The notes beneath the pieces were generated by a model. That model was given only the letters and a program-made list of their open reading frames with translations. It had not been told where the DNA came from and searched no databases. From Cirrosporium novae-zelandiae (Eukaryota): DNA of 64,000 nt. Shown piece by piece: positions 23,328-37,049 of this stretch. A program made the translations under genes and the position numbers. The stretch is from the NCBI GenBank assembly GCA_026023565.1, contig JAPETS010000003.1:372001-436000 (forward strand), written 5' to 3'. The number at the start of each line of letters is the position of its first letter. Position 1 is the first letter of the stretch.

Positions 23328-24563
23328 AGCGCAGGGAGCCTCCGGGGGCTTAGTTAGTGATCGGATAAAAGAAATAGCAATTTGTTGTGAGTACTCTAGA
23401 ATCTCTACCCCCGTGATGGTTGTTGGCGTATGATGAACTAACTCTCCCCTATCTATGGTTTCCAGCAGGGATACATTGATGTTCCGACATATTCTATGCT
23501 AAGATTTAGATGGTGTAACATATTTTTCATAAATTTAATTCCATCATCCTTACACGGAATAACGTATTCTTAATCCGGAGAGTCTTGTGATATTATCTTC
23601 GTCCTCTGTGCATCTTTGCTAAAATCTCATTAATATATAGTTCCTGCTCTTGCACTGTTCTCTCGACAGGCACTTTGAAATCTTCATGAATATACACACC
23701 ATCGGGAATCATGCTACTGAGTAAAAAATCGAAAATTCAAAGAGAAAGGCCCAGCATTCAGGACGTCAGGATTTATATAGTACCGCCCACATCGAACTCA
23801 CCTAGGTGTGTCGATCGAATCCTGCCCGTTACCTCTGCTCCTCCGTCAGTTGCCATCCATCGATAGCTCTTTAACACCCAACGCAAAATATAGATATCCT
23901 TTTTGATGTTTGTCTGGTGCATCAATCGTGCTTTGGGAATGTTTCATAATCACACCCACAGGGAATAATTGAATGGCATGCATTCGCGACTCGACTATAT
24001 ATATTTACTATCTAGTAATTAATTAAGCATTATAGATTAATAAATTAATAAATAAATAAATAATTTAATCGTATCTAAATAGTTTTCTTTTTTTCTTTTC
24101 TTTCTTTCTTTCTAAACCACTGTAGTTAGTAGTTAGTAATTAGTTAATCTAGCATCTATCCATCCATCTTTACTTAAAAACCCCCCACATATAACAGGCG
24201 CGGAATCCCCAATCCCACTCCACCCTCCCCAAAAATAACGTCATTAGTCTAATTACCCAGAAACTTTAAATCACATATTAATTAGAAGCTTTCCTTCGGC
24301 CGACAGGGAAGAAAGAAAGTTCCATCTACAGTAGTACAATTACCTACCTACCTACCACAGTAGAGTACCTAGGTAATTAATCAACCATCTCCACTCAATC
24401 TTCAAGGTAAATTCAAAACCATGAGTCTACACTACCCTTAATGGAACCAGTTACAAAATTGATCAATTGAACCAAAACAACGGCTCTAGCTCTGCTCTGC
24501 TCTGTGAGAGGCGTGGAGAGAGGTTGCTCCGCAACACTCCGCCAGCTCAATCAACCCTCGAAA

Positions 24564-25925
24564 ATGCAGCACGCTGCTACTACTATCCGAGTACAACCAA
24601 TGCAATTGAGCGTACGAAAGGCTGGGTATTTGGAATTGCCATTGTCATTGCCATGTTCGAGGATAGGGTCGAGGGGGTCGAAGAGATGGGGTTCTACTTC
24701 CTCTACGGGATATACAGGTTCGCGTACGATGATAAGAGGAGGAGGAAGGACGCAGGCGCAGGTTGAGTCTGCGAGATTATATTGTAGGAATCTTTTACGG
24801 TGAGTGCTTTATTATATTTTATTTTTTGTTGGATGGAGAGGAAGAATGAAAAAATACCGAGTACGTTTTGGTGGATGCGTTATATATAAAATAAATTGAA
24901 ATGGAAATGGCTAATGGCTAATGAATGAATATAGAGAATACGATAATCCTTCCTACATACTGCAAGCCTTCATCCCGCCTTCCGCTCATGACGCATATCT
25001 TTCCATCCGCGCGTTCAATGTGTCGCTTGCCCTTGTCGCCGATAATGTCTCTGCTTCTTCAATTGGTATAATGCGCATGCAATTCTGGCGCGACACTATT
25101 ACGAAGACTTTTGCTGGTACCCCTCCGAAAGAACCTGTCGCCCTTCTGCTTGCCCATGCGCTCGACGACCTTTCGCATCGGAGTGATAATAGCGCAAAAA
25201 TGAGTAAGCATTGGTTCATGCGGGTGATCGAGGCAAGGGAGAAATATTTGAATAATGCGCCATATGCAGATATGGAGGCATTGGAGAAATATGCAGAGAA
25301 TACTTATTCGACGTTGATGTATTTGACATTGGCTGCAATACCGATGACCTCTTTAACAATGGATCATTTGGCATCACATATCGGCAAGGCAGCTGGCATA
25401 GTAGCTGTGCTGAGAGGTCTCCCATTGATAGCATTTCCGTCACCACCGAAACATCAGTCAAATACTGCGGGACTTGGTGGTATGCTTGGTGGAGGTCGAC
25501 AAGGGGCTATTGTTCTACCGCTAGATATCATGGCTGAGGCTGGCGTCAAAGAGGAAGAAGTGTTTCGCAAAGGAGCCGATGCACCGGGCCTTCGGGACGC
25601 AGTCTTCGAAGTTGCGACTCGCGCAAGCGATCATCTCATAACTGCACGACTGATGTTAAAGAATCTGGAGGCTGGAGAGGATGTTGGTCATGACTTTGAG
25701 CACCAGGGCGAGGAGGGACATGACTATACCCAGCCTGCCTCGGGGGTTCAACCCCAGCAAGACCTAGAACGCGGATTTGGTGTACTGATGCCAGCTGTCC
25801 CAACCGCGTTATGGTTGGATAGATTGCAAAACGAAGGTTTTGACATCTTCAAACAAGATCTCAGAATACGAGACTGGAAACTCCCCTGGAAGGCATACTT
25901 TGCATTTAAGAGGAGGAAGATTTAG
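24564..25925 (+). CDS. NDUFAF6: Complex I assembly factor NDUFAF6-like (squalene/phytoene synthase fold); 2 exons
   Basis: Basic, mitochondrial-presequence-like N-terminus, ARLYCRNLLR/EYDNPSYIL, AYLSIRAFNV, MRMQFWRD, LEKYAENTYSTLMYL, HLASHIGKAAGI, AVFEVATRASDHL. Confidence 0.9.
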
Positions 25926-26194
25926 GTATGGTGTTTAAATATATGACTAATATAGTAAAGAAGTATCGCAAGCGCCCGCGCCGGACAACCCTGATGGAGA
26001 TGGCGGATATGTGTGTTAAAAAATCGGGAAAAGGAGGTAAAAGCCGAATTAAGGAGCAGGCCAGCCGTGGGATCATGTACCTGCGTGATCATGTCCAGTC
26101 CTCACAGCAGCTTTGGTTGGAAAGTAGAAGCAATCCACGTCCACCATGAAATATGTTCGAGGCAGGTTTTGTAAGCTTATTAGCCTGCTAACGC

Positions 26195-28116
26195 TTACCT
26201 CTGTTTACTTTGTTGACGACGTTTCCTTGACCTCGATATGGCCCGTCTCGTGACCTTGCTGGTCACAAAACGTTTGATCATGTCTCGCATGAGATAAATT
26301 ATGGTCACAAACGAAACGGGAAGAGCTATAACCCAAAAAAAGGCATCGCTATGATCCTGGACACCAGAAAATCTGTCAAAATTCTGTCCAAAATATCCAG
26401 TGAGGAAGGTCAAAGGAAGAAATAATATCGTAACTAAAGTCAACTGTTTCATGCTTTCGTTTTGATACGCCGAAATGGTATTGAAAATCAGGTTGATCAT
26501 GTTATCTGCTGCCTTGTTCATTTGATTCAGACCTTGCATGATCAAAACACAATGATCCTCGACATCGGCTAGATACATGCAGGTCATTGAGCTGATAGTC
26601 ACGGCGGAGTTGCCTATGTTAAGGGGCTTGCCGCTTGGGGTGGCTGTGCCTGATACATGTCCAGGTTTGTGGTCTTTCAGAGCTCCAATCAAACCAGTAA
26701 TAGGCTGCATACTGATTTGAAGCAATGAGAGCTCAGAGGTGATCATGTAGAGGGAAGAAGTGTGGCGGATATGGGGTTGGGTTAGGACGCTTAGTTCCAA
26801 CTCGCCGAGTGATTCTTGGTAGGCTTCAACTACAGGTAGAGCTAGATCAATGATGGCGTCGATAATTGCTTGGGTGAGCATACTGGCATCGCAGCTCTGT
26901 CTTATGATCGTTTCAGGGACCGCGAGACGTTTTAAGATTGGTTCCTCTATGTCATCTGATGATGTCTCGAAGAACGAGATAACATCGTTTTCTGCTGTGA
27001 GGAATATCGAGACCTGCTCGACACTCACGGAGAGCGATTTAGCACCCAAGGCAGAATGGCGGTGCATAAACTCGATTCGCTCTTGGTTATCCTGACCGGC
27101 ATGATACTGGTGTAAGGTCCTGACAGACCTGGGTTCCCGATTGGAGTCAACAGTATGCCCTGTGATATATCCATTATCAGAGAGGGCAGCTTGAAACGTA
27201 GGCGGAGCAACCTCCGGTAATCGTTTATTTGCTTGAGTCACAAAGGCCCTTTTCCACCAGGGTTTCTTTTTAATTATTTTAGTTTTGATTTCTCCTCTTT
27301 TCTCGTCAGCTAAAGTTTCAATGTCGCTGCTTTCTGAGTCGCTATCGTCGTCAAGGTGCACGTGAATGAGCTTATGTAGAGGAAGAACAACTGGGTATAG
27401 GTCAGCATCATTTAAATGTTAAATGATATTTTACACAACTGTCACGACATCATTTAACTAGATATCAAGGAGAATCAATTCCTTGCATCTGATAGTCATC
27501 CTGCGTAAAATTCCTTCTAGACCGTTGGTTGCTTCTGAAGATACGTACTGTATGTGTGATTTTGGTACCAATCAGCCTTTGTCCTGTTCTTTGGATTCAT
27601 CAAATCCTCCACGGCTAGACGGTGAAATTTATTTGTATTCGATAGAGCAGTTATTACGTCGTAGGATAATCCATTAACAGAGACCCAACGACAAGTAACC
27701 CAGTCTCCTTTAGGTGTCTCAAGAAAGGGCCCTAAAGAGGCATTGTCGAGTTCATACTTTTCCACCCGATCCTGAGAAAAGTCCACCACAGTTATCTGAC
27801 ATGGTTCATAGTTTTGAGGGGTTGCTGAAGCTGGTTGACCGGCGTCCGGAGCTGTTGTATCGATACCAGGTTCCTCACCTGGCTGCCACTGCCATCCCCA
27901 CTGTTCGGGACGATATGTCTTTACAGTGTTAGAGCGGTTAAAGCGTCTCTTAAGTGAATACACAGACTCAGGCGGTGAGCTTGTGCGTTGTCGATCAAGA
28001 GAATATGGGGACCGAGAAGACATTCGTGCTGCTTGCGCCTCGATATCGAGATTAGTCGGTGGGAATGGGGAGGTTCCACTACGGATTGGAGGCGAGAAAT
28101 CTCGAGATTCGGTCAT
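26195..28116 (-). CDS. CorA-like divalent cation transporter; 2 exons
   Basis: [81 protein letters not shown] and a second TM helix. Start and 3' end approximate. Confidence 0.9.
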
Positions 28117-28710
28117 CTTGGGAGAAAGGGCTAATGTACTGTGCTCCGACAAACTTGGGAAATATAGAAGGTAATAAATAGGTTATGGCGTCATATAGGT
28201 GCCTAGGAGAAACAGACAAAGGCAATGCAAGAGAATGACTGTTGTAAGTGTGCAGTGCTAAGTGTCATGAAAAAAAGAAATGCAAATAACTGGATTCTAA
28301 TAAGAATTCAGGAGAAAAAAACGTTTCGAAATTGACATTAGAAAGTGGAAAGTGGAGGGTGGAAACTTTGGTAAGAGGTCAGATCCTCCAATTTTGAGTT
28401 TGCGCGCGCAGCGAACAGGTCCTCGTTTTCCCAATTTGTCTCCAGTCTTGGCTCTAAACTTGGCTCCAATTCAATCTTGGCTTCCGTTTCCCCAGACTTG
28501 TGCGAACCCAAAAGTTGTTCACATCTTCTATATCGATAGTTCGAGTTAATTAATCTTGTGGATTAATATCTGGTAAGGTTAAATCCTTCAGGGCTTTCAG
28601 GTCCAATAAATACCTCTCTCTACTCTATCTATTTCCCACGTCCAGATTGTGTGTTCGTGCCCCTCTACTCTATTTTTAGCTCTTGTTATCGTTGGGGCAC
28701 ATCACCCACC

Positions 28711-30092
28711 ATGGAGGTATTAGAAGATCTATATTCTGCTATCTCGGAAAACATAGAGCTATATCAAGAGTTGAACGGCACCGTGATAGAGGAACTCATC
28801 GAGGAGCCAAGCGCCCTTGAATTCATGCGCTATGTGTCGAAAAATAGGCCTTTCGTTGTGCGTGGTGGCACATCCGACTGGCCTGCAATCACCAAGTGGA
28901 ACATGGATTATCTAAAGGATACCATGGGCGACAGCAGTGTGAAAGTGGCTATGACGCCTCATGGGTAGGCTGATCAATAGCAGCGGCAAATTTCACTGAA
29001 CGCGAATATCTGATCCCTTCTAGAAATGCCGATGCTGTGGTGAAGAACGAGACTGATGAACTCTTCTTTGTAAAGCCGTTGGAGGTTTCAGAGCCCTTCG
29101 AAGCCCTTATTAATTACATCCGCGACCAAGAACTGGAAGAGGAGAAGTCACAGAAGGCTGTGAAGTATGCTCAAACTCGTATGAGGATACTACCGTAACC
29201 ACAGAATAGCTAGATAGCACTAACTCTATCCCTATCTAGAAAATGATAATTTACGAGGAGAATATTCTGCTCTGCTACCCGATGTTGAGAGTAACATTGC
29301 CTGGGCTAGGGTTGCTCTGGGCACTGGCGCCGAAGCAATCAATATGTGGGTTGGGAATTCTCTCAGCACCACAGCACTTCATAAGGACAACTACGAGAAT
29401 GTCTATTGTCAAATCATCGGAACCAAAACCTTTGTCTTGATTAGTCCATTAGAGGCATTATGCATTCAGGAACGAAGTGCAAAGGCGGCAACCTATGTTT
29501 TGGTATGCTTATTTTTGCGGGGCGACCCGATTCTTCGAGATTTCAGGCGGACGAAATCTAACCTTCATAGGAGGATGAACACCAAGACCTATCAGACGCA
29601 AAACTCAAGATAAAAGAAGATGACCCGTCCGAAGAGATCCCATGTGCAATATGGGATCCGGATGAGCCCACAAAGGACGCAAATCAATACGCATCTTTAT
29701 GTAAGCCAATCCGAGTGACATTAAATCCAGGCGATATGCTATATCTTCCAGCGCTTTGGTGAGTTTTGTACATGCCGACCACCGCCCAAAGCATAAAGCT
29801 AATGATTACAAAGGTTCCATAAAGTAAGTCAGACGTGCGGACCTGAAGCCATCTGCTGCGCAGTCAATTATTGGTAAGCTGGAGCATTCTTTCCCTGGAT
29901 TTCTAGCGGCTGACTAGCTGCAGGTATGACATGAGCTTCCAGGGCCATTTTTATCCTTCTACCTGTCTCATCCGAGATGTTAGTAAGTTAGGCATAGAGG
30001 TGACTGCGCCCGCACCTTTGCCTAATGGCCTTGAAAGTGCCGAAGAAACAGAAGAGTCCACGGAAGAATCCACGGAAGAATCGACCGATTGA
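28711..30092 (+). CDS. JmjC/cupin_8 2OG-Fe(II) hydroxylase, JMJD7-like; multi-exon
   Basis: EPSALEFMRYVSKNRPFVVRG, VAMTPHG/NADA, YAQTQNDNLRGEY, NMWVGNSLSTTALHKDNYEN (HxD), LNPGDMLYLPALW/FHKV, AVNYW/YDM. Confidence 0.88.
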
Positions 30093-30136
30093 AGTGAGGT
30101 TGAACATGGGGTATATAGATTATACACGTGGGGTCG

Positions 30137-32822
30137 CTACTTGCGCTTCTTAGCCAGCCTTTTCTCTGCCCTAACATCCTTTTTCATCCTAGCATCCACG
30201 ATCTTATACTTTCCCTTGACACCTCGCGGTCGTCCAGATATGCCTTTATTTCCGCCCTTGGCGACAACAAGTTTAACATGTTGTTTGGGCTTCTTCTTGG
30301 CAGCTTTGTTCATTAGTTTGGCAATGGCCTGTGCCTTGTCCTTTTCTGTCATGGCTTCATCATCAGCGAGCATTGCCGATTTCTTGCGAAGCTTCTCTAA
30401 TCTTTGAGCTGCACGGAATTTTTGCCTGCCTTTAGCCTCTTGAACCTTCTTGATGGGCCGTGCATTCAATGCCCTTAGTTTCTCCTTAATCGCGGCGGCA
30501 CCAGCGGCTGTTATAGGTCGATGGGGCTTGCTATGCTTATGTTCATCGTCCAAGAACCATTCAGGTAGACCATCTTTGTCTTGAAATGCATATTTGTTGA
30601 AGCCCTCGTCAATAAGATCACGAGATGACTTTTCTCCAGAAGCCATCTGCTGCGCCAGAGTCATGGCTTCAGCTGTAATGATATCAATGTCTAATGTAGA
30701 GTAAGTCCAAGTGCATTATCAAGGGCCGGGAGGAGAAAACACGTACCTAGTCGACCATTCTCCCGAGGCTCCCCATCTGCTTCCCATTCACTAGTTGTAT
30801 CATGCACCACCTGAAAAGAATCGTCCTCGCTCTCACTATCTTTGAATACTTCTTTTGTTTCTGGTTCTAAGGATTTCTGGGTTTTGGTTTTGGCTTTGGA
30901 CGGATCCTTGGTAGTTTTCTGATTGCTCTTGGATAGTCGTGACTTGGCATTAACCTCTTGATGACTAGTCGTATCCACCCCACTGTCCTCGTCGAGTAGA
31001 TCGGCGAGCCCATCCAAATCCTTAAAGACAACCTGATTGAAAAATGTTGCTGTACGCTTCGTCATTTTACCAGCGGCTGTGCTCCTGTCGACTGGACTTT
31101 CGTTTGCTGTGCCTTGCTGACTCGATTCCTCATCTGAGCTTTCGTCATCACTTTTATCAAATTCCACCTCTTCGTCCGAATCATGCTCTGACGCTGAAAA
31201 TCCTTCCCAATCATCATCTTTGTTGTAGGTCCTGTTTTTTTTTGCCCGATACTTGGCATCGGATTCGGCCTTCTGAGTTTGATACTGGTCATACATTGAG
31301 TCTAGTTCACGTTCCAGGGCATCGATTTCGTCGTCGGTCTCCGAATCATCCTCGTCGCTAGAAGGTTCATCATGCTTTGCGGCTTCAGAGATAACGGCCA
31401 TTCGGTTTCTTGATTTTCCTTCCAGATTTGATTTCTCATACGAATTTATCGCAAACATTGCATCTTCGCCTCCCGGACCAACTTGCTCTAAACCGATATC
31501 CATTGGTGCGGTCATGTTTAATTGCATCCGGACAATCTCCTTCCTCTTCTTTTCGTTTTCCTTTCGCCTTTCCTTCTTTTTGCGCGACGAGTCCTGTTCA
31601 TTCAATCTTTGAAGTTCTTCTTGTATACGAAGTTCTTCATCCATTGGCTCTATTTCGATTGCGTCGCCATCCATTTCTTCTTTTTGCACGGCCTTCTTAG
31701 AGGAAAACCCAAACCTTTCACGGACCTTCAGTCTCCAACGCAATAAATTTCTAAATTCTTTTCTACCAAGAACCTTCAAGTCTGCACAGCAAATCTTTAT
31801 TTCGTCGGTTGTTTCTGGAAGCCTTTCTAATGCTGCATTTGCTATGTCGCCATTAGGTGCCTGGTCGAAGGATAGTCGGTTCAAAGATCCAAGCATTGTG
31901 ATTGGGTCTAATGTTTGGATAAACTCGCTAACTGGGACTTCTTTATACTGAGTGTAGTCGCCCTCTTCGTAACCGTCCCTTTTCCTTTTCTTTACCTCTG
32001 GATTGAAGACTTTAGCTTCATTGTTTGGCGCTGCATCAGGGAGCTCCGCAAAGACACTGCGTGGATCCAAAAACTTCGGGTCAACATGTTTTGGTGCCTT
32101 GAAGCCTCGGCAGACGACGAAAATTTCGGCAGAAACGGCTCGAGAAGATGGAGGTTTTGTCGCCTCAACCTTGTCGAAAAGTTGCTGAAATACCCACAGT
32201 AGAGCATTGTAATCCTTTGACCGAAAGACTTTTGTGACAAAGGTTCCACCCTTATTCAAAAATTCTGTAGCCAATTTCAAAGACATCAAGACCAGTTCAG
32301 CCTGGGAATAGGCATCTTGAACCCACGCAGTTCCCACGTTCGGCGCGCCATCATGTAAAACGGTGTCTGCCTTCCAGGTCTTTAAGTGGCCACGAATGAT
32401 ACTTCGACATTTATCGGATGTAATATCGCTCTGAAATGTAATGACTCGGGAAATTGGTTTTATAGGAGCAAGGTCAACGCCAATAATGAGACTGTCCACT
32501 GGCATAGTCTCTGCCGCAACTTGACACCATGACTGAAAATATTAGCGAGGTAAAAATCCAGTTTTCAGTTGAGGGACTTACTCCTGGAGCAGCGCAAAGA
32601 TCCAATAGGACCTTGCTTTTCTGGAGAAAACCATACTTCTTATTTAGTTGAATAAGTTTGAAAGCTGCTCGAGCTCTATAACCTTTCTCTTTGGCTAATT
32701 TGTACCATTTGTCAAGCCGACCTTTGCCATACTACGAGAAGAATTTTTGTTAGCAATAGTACTAGAGATAGAGTAAATTCAGGAGTTTTGGAATGAAGAA
32801 TTACCTTTTTCTGGACACCCAT
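30137..32822 (-). CDS. SPB1: AdoMet-dependent rRNA 2'-O-methyltransferase Spb1
   Basis: [66 protein letters not shown]-terminal [19 protein letters not shown]. Confidence 0.97.
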
Positions 32823-33374
32823 GATGACCAAAGTGCTTCTCTTGAGCTGGTTTGTGGTACAAAAAACACTGAAGGAAATTTCATACTTTCTTAGAGATAA
32901 AAGATTAGAGTTACTCGGCTGGAAAGTCACATGTGTGGCTGGTTCAAGACCCGAGTGACCCCTGTTACGGATCGTCAAATTGCGGAAGTGCCACTGTCTG
33001 GCCGGAATCGCCAAAGAGTACCGATGACGACCTGAGCCCATTCCTTGCGCCCATTCATTCTCCTTCGTCCGCCTCTCATCCCCTCTCCCTCCCACGTGTA
33101 TCTCCAATCACTGGGAAACACTTTACTATAGAGTATTACTTTCTATTATATCTCATCAATCACTCCTTGCCCATACTTTCATTCTAATTCTCAACACTTC
33201 TATATCATTGATATCCATCGCTTGGGGCCTGATTTGCCTTCAACCGCTTATCATCCTTTGAAAGTTCTTTCGAGCATGTCACCGCCGTAACTTACTTTCA
33301 GGCATCTACATCCGCTTTCCTTCACCGTTAACACCCTCTTATTATCGCATTAAACACAACAACCAACCTTCTGA

Positions 33375-36089
33375 ATGCTGTCACGAAAACGTCTCAAGTT
33401 GAACCCCAAATCGGAGGCATCTACTTCCACTACTAGCCTCGCTTGCAAAGTACCTTTACCGGAAGAAGATAAAACAGAAAGGGAGATTGATGTTGATGCA
33501 GCGTCTCAGGAAGTCAGCAGAAAAGGCCCTCAACGTACTGGCTCAGGGCCGGTTGCTACTTGGCCCAGAAAAGCTGCCCCAGTTGCAGCGTATGTGGCAC
33601 GCGAGACCATCTCATCTGCAGAGCATGCAGCATCTAATTTGATAGCATGTAGTCAAGCTCATCTCATACCTTCCCGCTCTCGGAAATCATCGTCGTTTTA
33701 CCTGTCTAAAAGTATCGGTGACTCGTCAATTTCATTGCCCAAGTCTACTACATCAACAGAACTAAACGGTAATACCGAACAAATTGGTGATGTTGAAAGA
33801 AGGATGGGAAAAAAATCAAAAGAGGACCTTAAATCGCAAGAGGATACAAAAGCGAAGAACAATGCTAATGAAATTACCAACGAACAAAATGGCAAGCCAG
33901 TTGAAGTTATGGCTAGTAAGTCGGACAGCCCAAACAGAGAAGATCCGTCACCTATGGATATTGAAAAGGGCCTCAATCCTGTGCGAACATCAACCTGGTT
34001 TGGGGGATGGTTCTCAAACCCAGGGGATACCACAACCCCCACGAGTAATGTAGAGGGCGAGAGCCAGGTCCGGGAAGAATCTCCGGCTCGCCCTGAACCG
34101 GACCCAATACCCGAGGAACAACCTCCAAAGAGCGCTGAGCCAGTACTAGATCTACCCAATTCAACGCAAACTCAGCCTTCCCAAACTAGATCATGGTTCA
34201 GTATATGGAATAGCTCTGCTCCAGCTGCTGTGCAGAATAGCTCGGACGATCAACAGATGGCAGATGCACCTCCAGAAACCTCGAAGTCATCAACCTGCAA
34301 CACTCAAGATGTCCAGCCAGATCAGGCCCCGCCGACCCCTATGGATGCTTCAAAAATCAGTGATGGAACGGCATCCAAAAACCGGAAGTCCTCTGGATGG
34401 GCATTTTGGTCTCGTGATATTCCTAAAGAGGACGGCCAGGAGTCTTCTCCAGCCCCTGTTGGGGAGCTTGCGGTAGCAAACACACCATCTCAAAATAATC
34501 CGGAAGCGGCAGTTGTAAAGAGCCCAGAGACAACTTCTAGTCCTCGTCGCGCAAAGAAGAAGTCAAATCCTTCTAAAGTTGATGACAAAAACAATAAAGA
34601 CCAATTGATTACCGCTGCTAATGGCAAGGCAGCGGGGGTAGCAGTTGAAACTGCAAAACATCCACCGGAACCGAAAACTGAAGACAGGACTGCAAAATTA
34701 CCGAGCAATCTGCTTCTCCCAAGTGTTCGTGAGACTTATCGAGACTTTTCAAGTCCGTCACTCCTATCACAAATTGCTCGTCTCTTCCGTTACTATGGCA
34801 AGTCCCCTGAAATCAGACATCCATCTCTCATTCGAGATCCTCCAAGAATAAAGAAAGCACTTGCCATTGGAGTCCATGGATATTTTCCTGCCCCTTTTAT
34901 TAGAAATATTCTTGGCCAGCCAACGGGAACTTCAGTGAAGTTTGCAAATTCTGCTGCTGAGGCTGTTCGTCAATGGAGTAGTCAACATGGTTATTCTTGT
35001 GATGTCGAAGTGGTCGCTTTGGAAGGCGAAGGAAAAATAGCTGAACGTGTAGAAATTCTTTGGAAACTTCTTCTCAACTGGATCGAAGCCATCAGAAAAG
35101 CTGATTTCGTTATCATGGCTTGCCACTCCCAAGGGGTTCCTGTGGGTGTTATGCTCATAGAGAAACTAATAGAGTTTGGCTGTGTTAATGCTTCACGGAT
35201 AGCCATCTGTGCCATGGCCGGGATCAATATGGGTCCTCAGGGCTATCTTAAATCTCGTTTCATCGGGGGCTCTGCTGGTGAGCTTTTCGAGTTCTCAAGA
35301 ACTGATAGCCAAGTCAGTCAAAATTATGCCAAAGCTTTGAAAAGGTTACTGGACTATGGTGTCAAAGTGACCTATGTAGGAAGCATTGATGATCAACTTG
35401 TATCCCTTGAGGTATGCTACAAAAACATTTGACCTTGTATATTTCCAATATGCAAGATTCAGTGCAAATTGGGGATTTCATCCTAACGTTATCAAATAGT
35501 CCTCGACATTTTCTACGATGAATCACCCAAACCTATACAGGGCAGTGTTTGTTGATGGCAGAATTCACGCGCCTAACTTGTAAGTGTGAATCGTTTATAT
35601 TAATACTAAAGAAATACTAATAGCAACATAGCTTGATTAAACTGGTGGGGTTTATTTTGAAGTTAAGAAACCTCGGTGTTTCAGATCACGGCCTCATTCG
35701 TGAGCTCAGTGCACCTTTAGCTGGTAGCCTCTACTCTGGAGAAGGCCATTCTCGGATCTATGAGGATGAGGTTGTATACTCGTGAGTAATATCTTAGATC
35801 TACCCCGATAAATATACTCTAACCTTTTAGTCTCGCCCTTGAATTTGCTCTTGCTACTACAGCTGTGAACAATCTACCTCTTGAGATACATGACTCCCCT
35901 CCCAATTCTTCACAGAACCCCTACATACTTCCATTCGCGATGCGAGGATTGCTTGAGGAGGACTGCGTAAAAATGCAGCTTGCCGAGGAGACGGAAGAGC
36001 TCCTTAAGGAGTTTGATAGCTGGAAACCCACAACGAAGCAGCTAAAGGACGTGAAATTCCGGCTGGAAGGTGTTCGGTCAAGACTTTGA
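33375..36089 (+). CDS. Conserved fungal YML020W-like protein: long disordered N-terminus plus C-terminal alpha/beta-hydrolase-like domain
   Basis: KKALAIGVHGYFP, GQPTGTSVKFA, ALEGEGKIAERV, ACHSQGVPV, GSIDDQLVSLES, SDHGLIRELS, GEGHSRIY, NPYILPFAMRGLLEE. Confidence 0.85.
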
Positions 36090-37049
36090 TGTTAAAATAC
36101 GATCATATAGGATCGTATTGAGGGATATTGGCGCTATGCAAATAGAACCAAACATGGGAGTCATTGTCACACAAAGGGAAGCATGATCAATTCTGGAAGG
36201 AATATGATACACATCCACCATTATTGAATTTTTCGTTTGCATGTCCTACTATTCATTTGGGTAACCTATTGGCTGTGGGCCATCTTGACTATTGTTTGGT
36301 TTGTCATTGCCAAGAGATCTTAATGATCTACCAACACTGATCCAAGTAACAGTAGGCAAATTAAGATTGATGCGGGTATGGAAAATGGGTCCAGGAAAGG
36401 ATATACGGAGGATATATAGAAAGGAACAGGTCAACCACTAGTGTTTAAATATTTTGTATTTACCTGGCTGTACGTATAGTATTAGGCTATTAGTATTTAG
36501 TTTTCTCTCACAATGCTCAATCACTTATTTTGTAGAATATTCAGAGATTTTCAAAGTAAAACGAATCCCCAGTTAGGGTTAGGTAGATTTGCGACCAAGA
36601 CGAGGTCTTGATTAAAACCGACTCTCAATGTTATAAGTTAACTTAACTTCTACGTTGGGAAGATAAAAAGAGCGACAAGTTAAGTTGGTTGAGACTAAAC
36701 ACTCACATCCAAGCAGCCATTCTACTTATAAATATTTTCTACAATAATGAATGCATCACAACCTATAAAACAACCAATTTTTACCAAAATAATTCCAAAA
36801 TATCTGTTAGCCCAGTCGGGGAAATCTTTCTCTCCGGTCCGCCACCTCCATACAGCCACACAACATGATCCTGGTGACCGGGCCGTGATTCCCCCGGGGG
36901 CGGCTTGCCGAACTTCAGCCTTGCGATGAACTTCTTCCCTACTTGCAGTCACATAACTTTTCTCTGCATACCACGCTTGGGACTATCTTTTCCGTACTGC
37001 ACAATCACAAGTACGAGTATGCGATGTTTTATATGTTTACACTCTCATC

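Noticed and set aside
23990..24170. RIP-degraded transposon in an AT-rich patch
   Set aside because: Short low-complexity tract with no TIR, LTR or coding remnant visible.
24564..25925. Squalene/phytoene synthase (terpene biosynthesis)
   Set aside because: Lacks the DDxxD motifs; motifs and presequence match the complex I assembly factor NDUFAF6.
30092..30137. Functional coupling of JMJD7-like and SPB1 (stop codons about 44 bp apart)
   Set aside because: Tight convergent spacing is common in compact fungal genomes; no further evidence.
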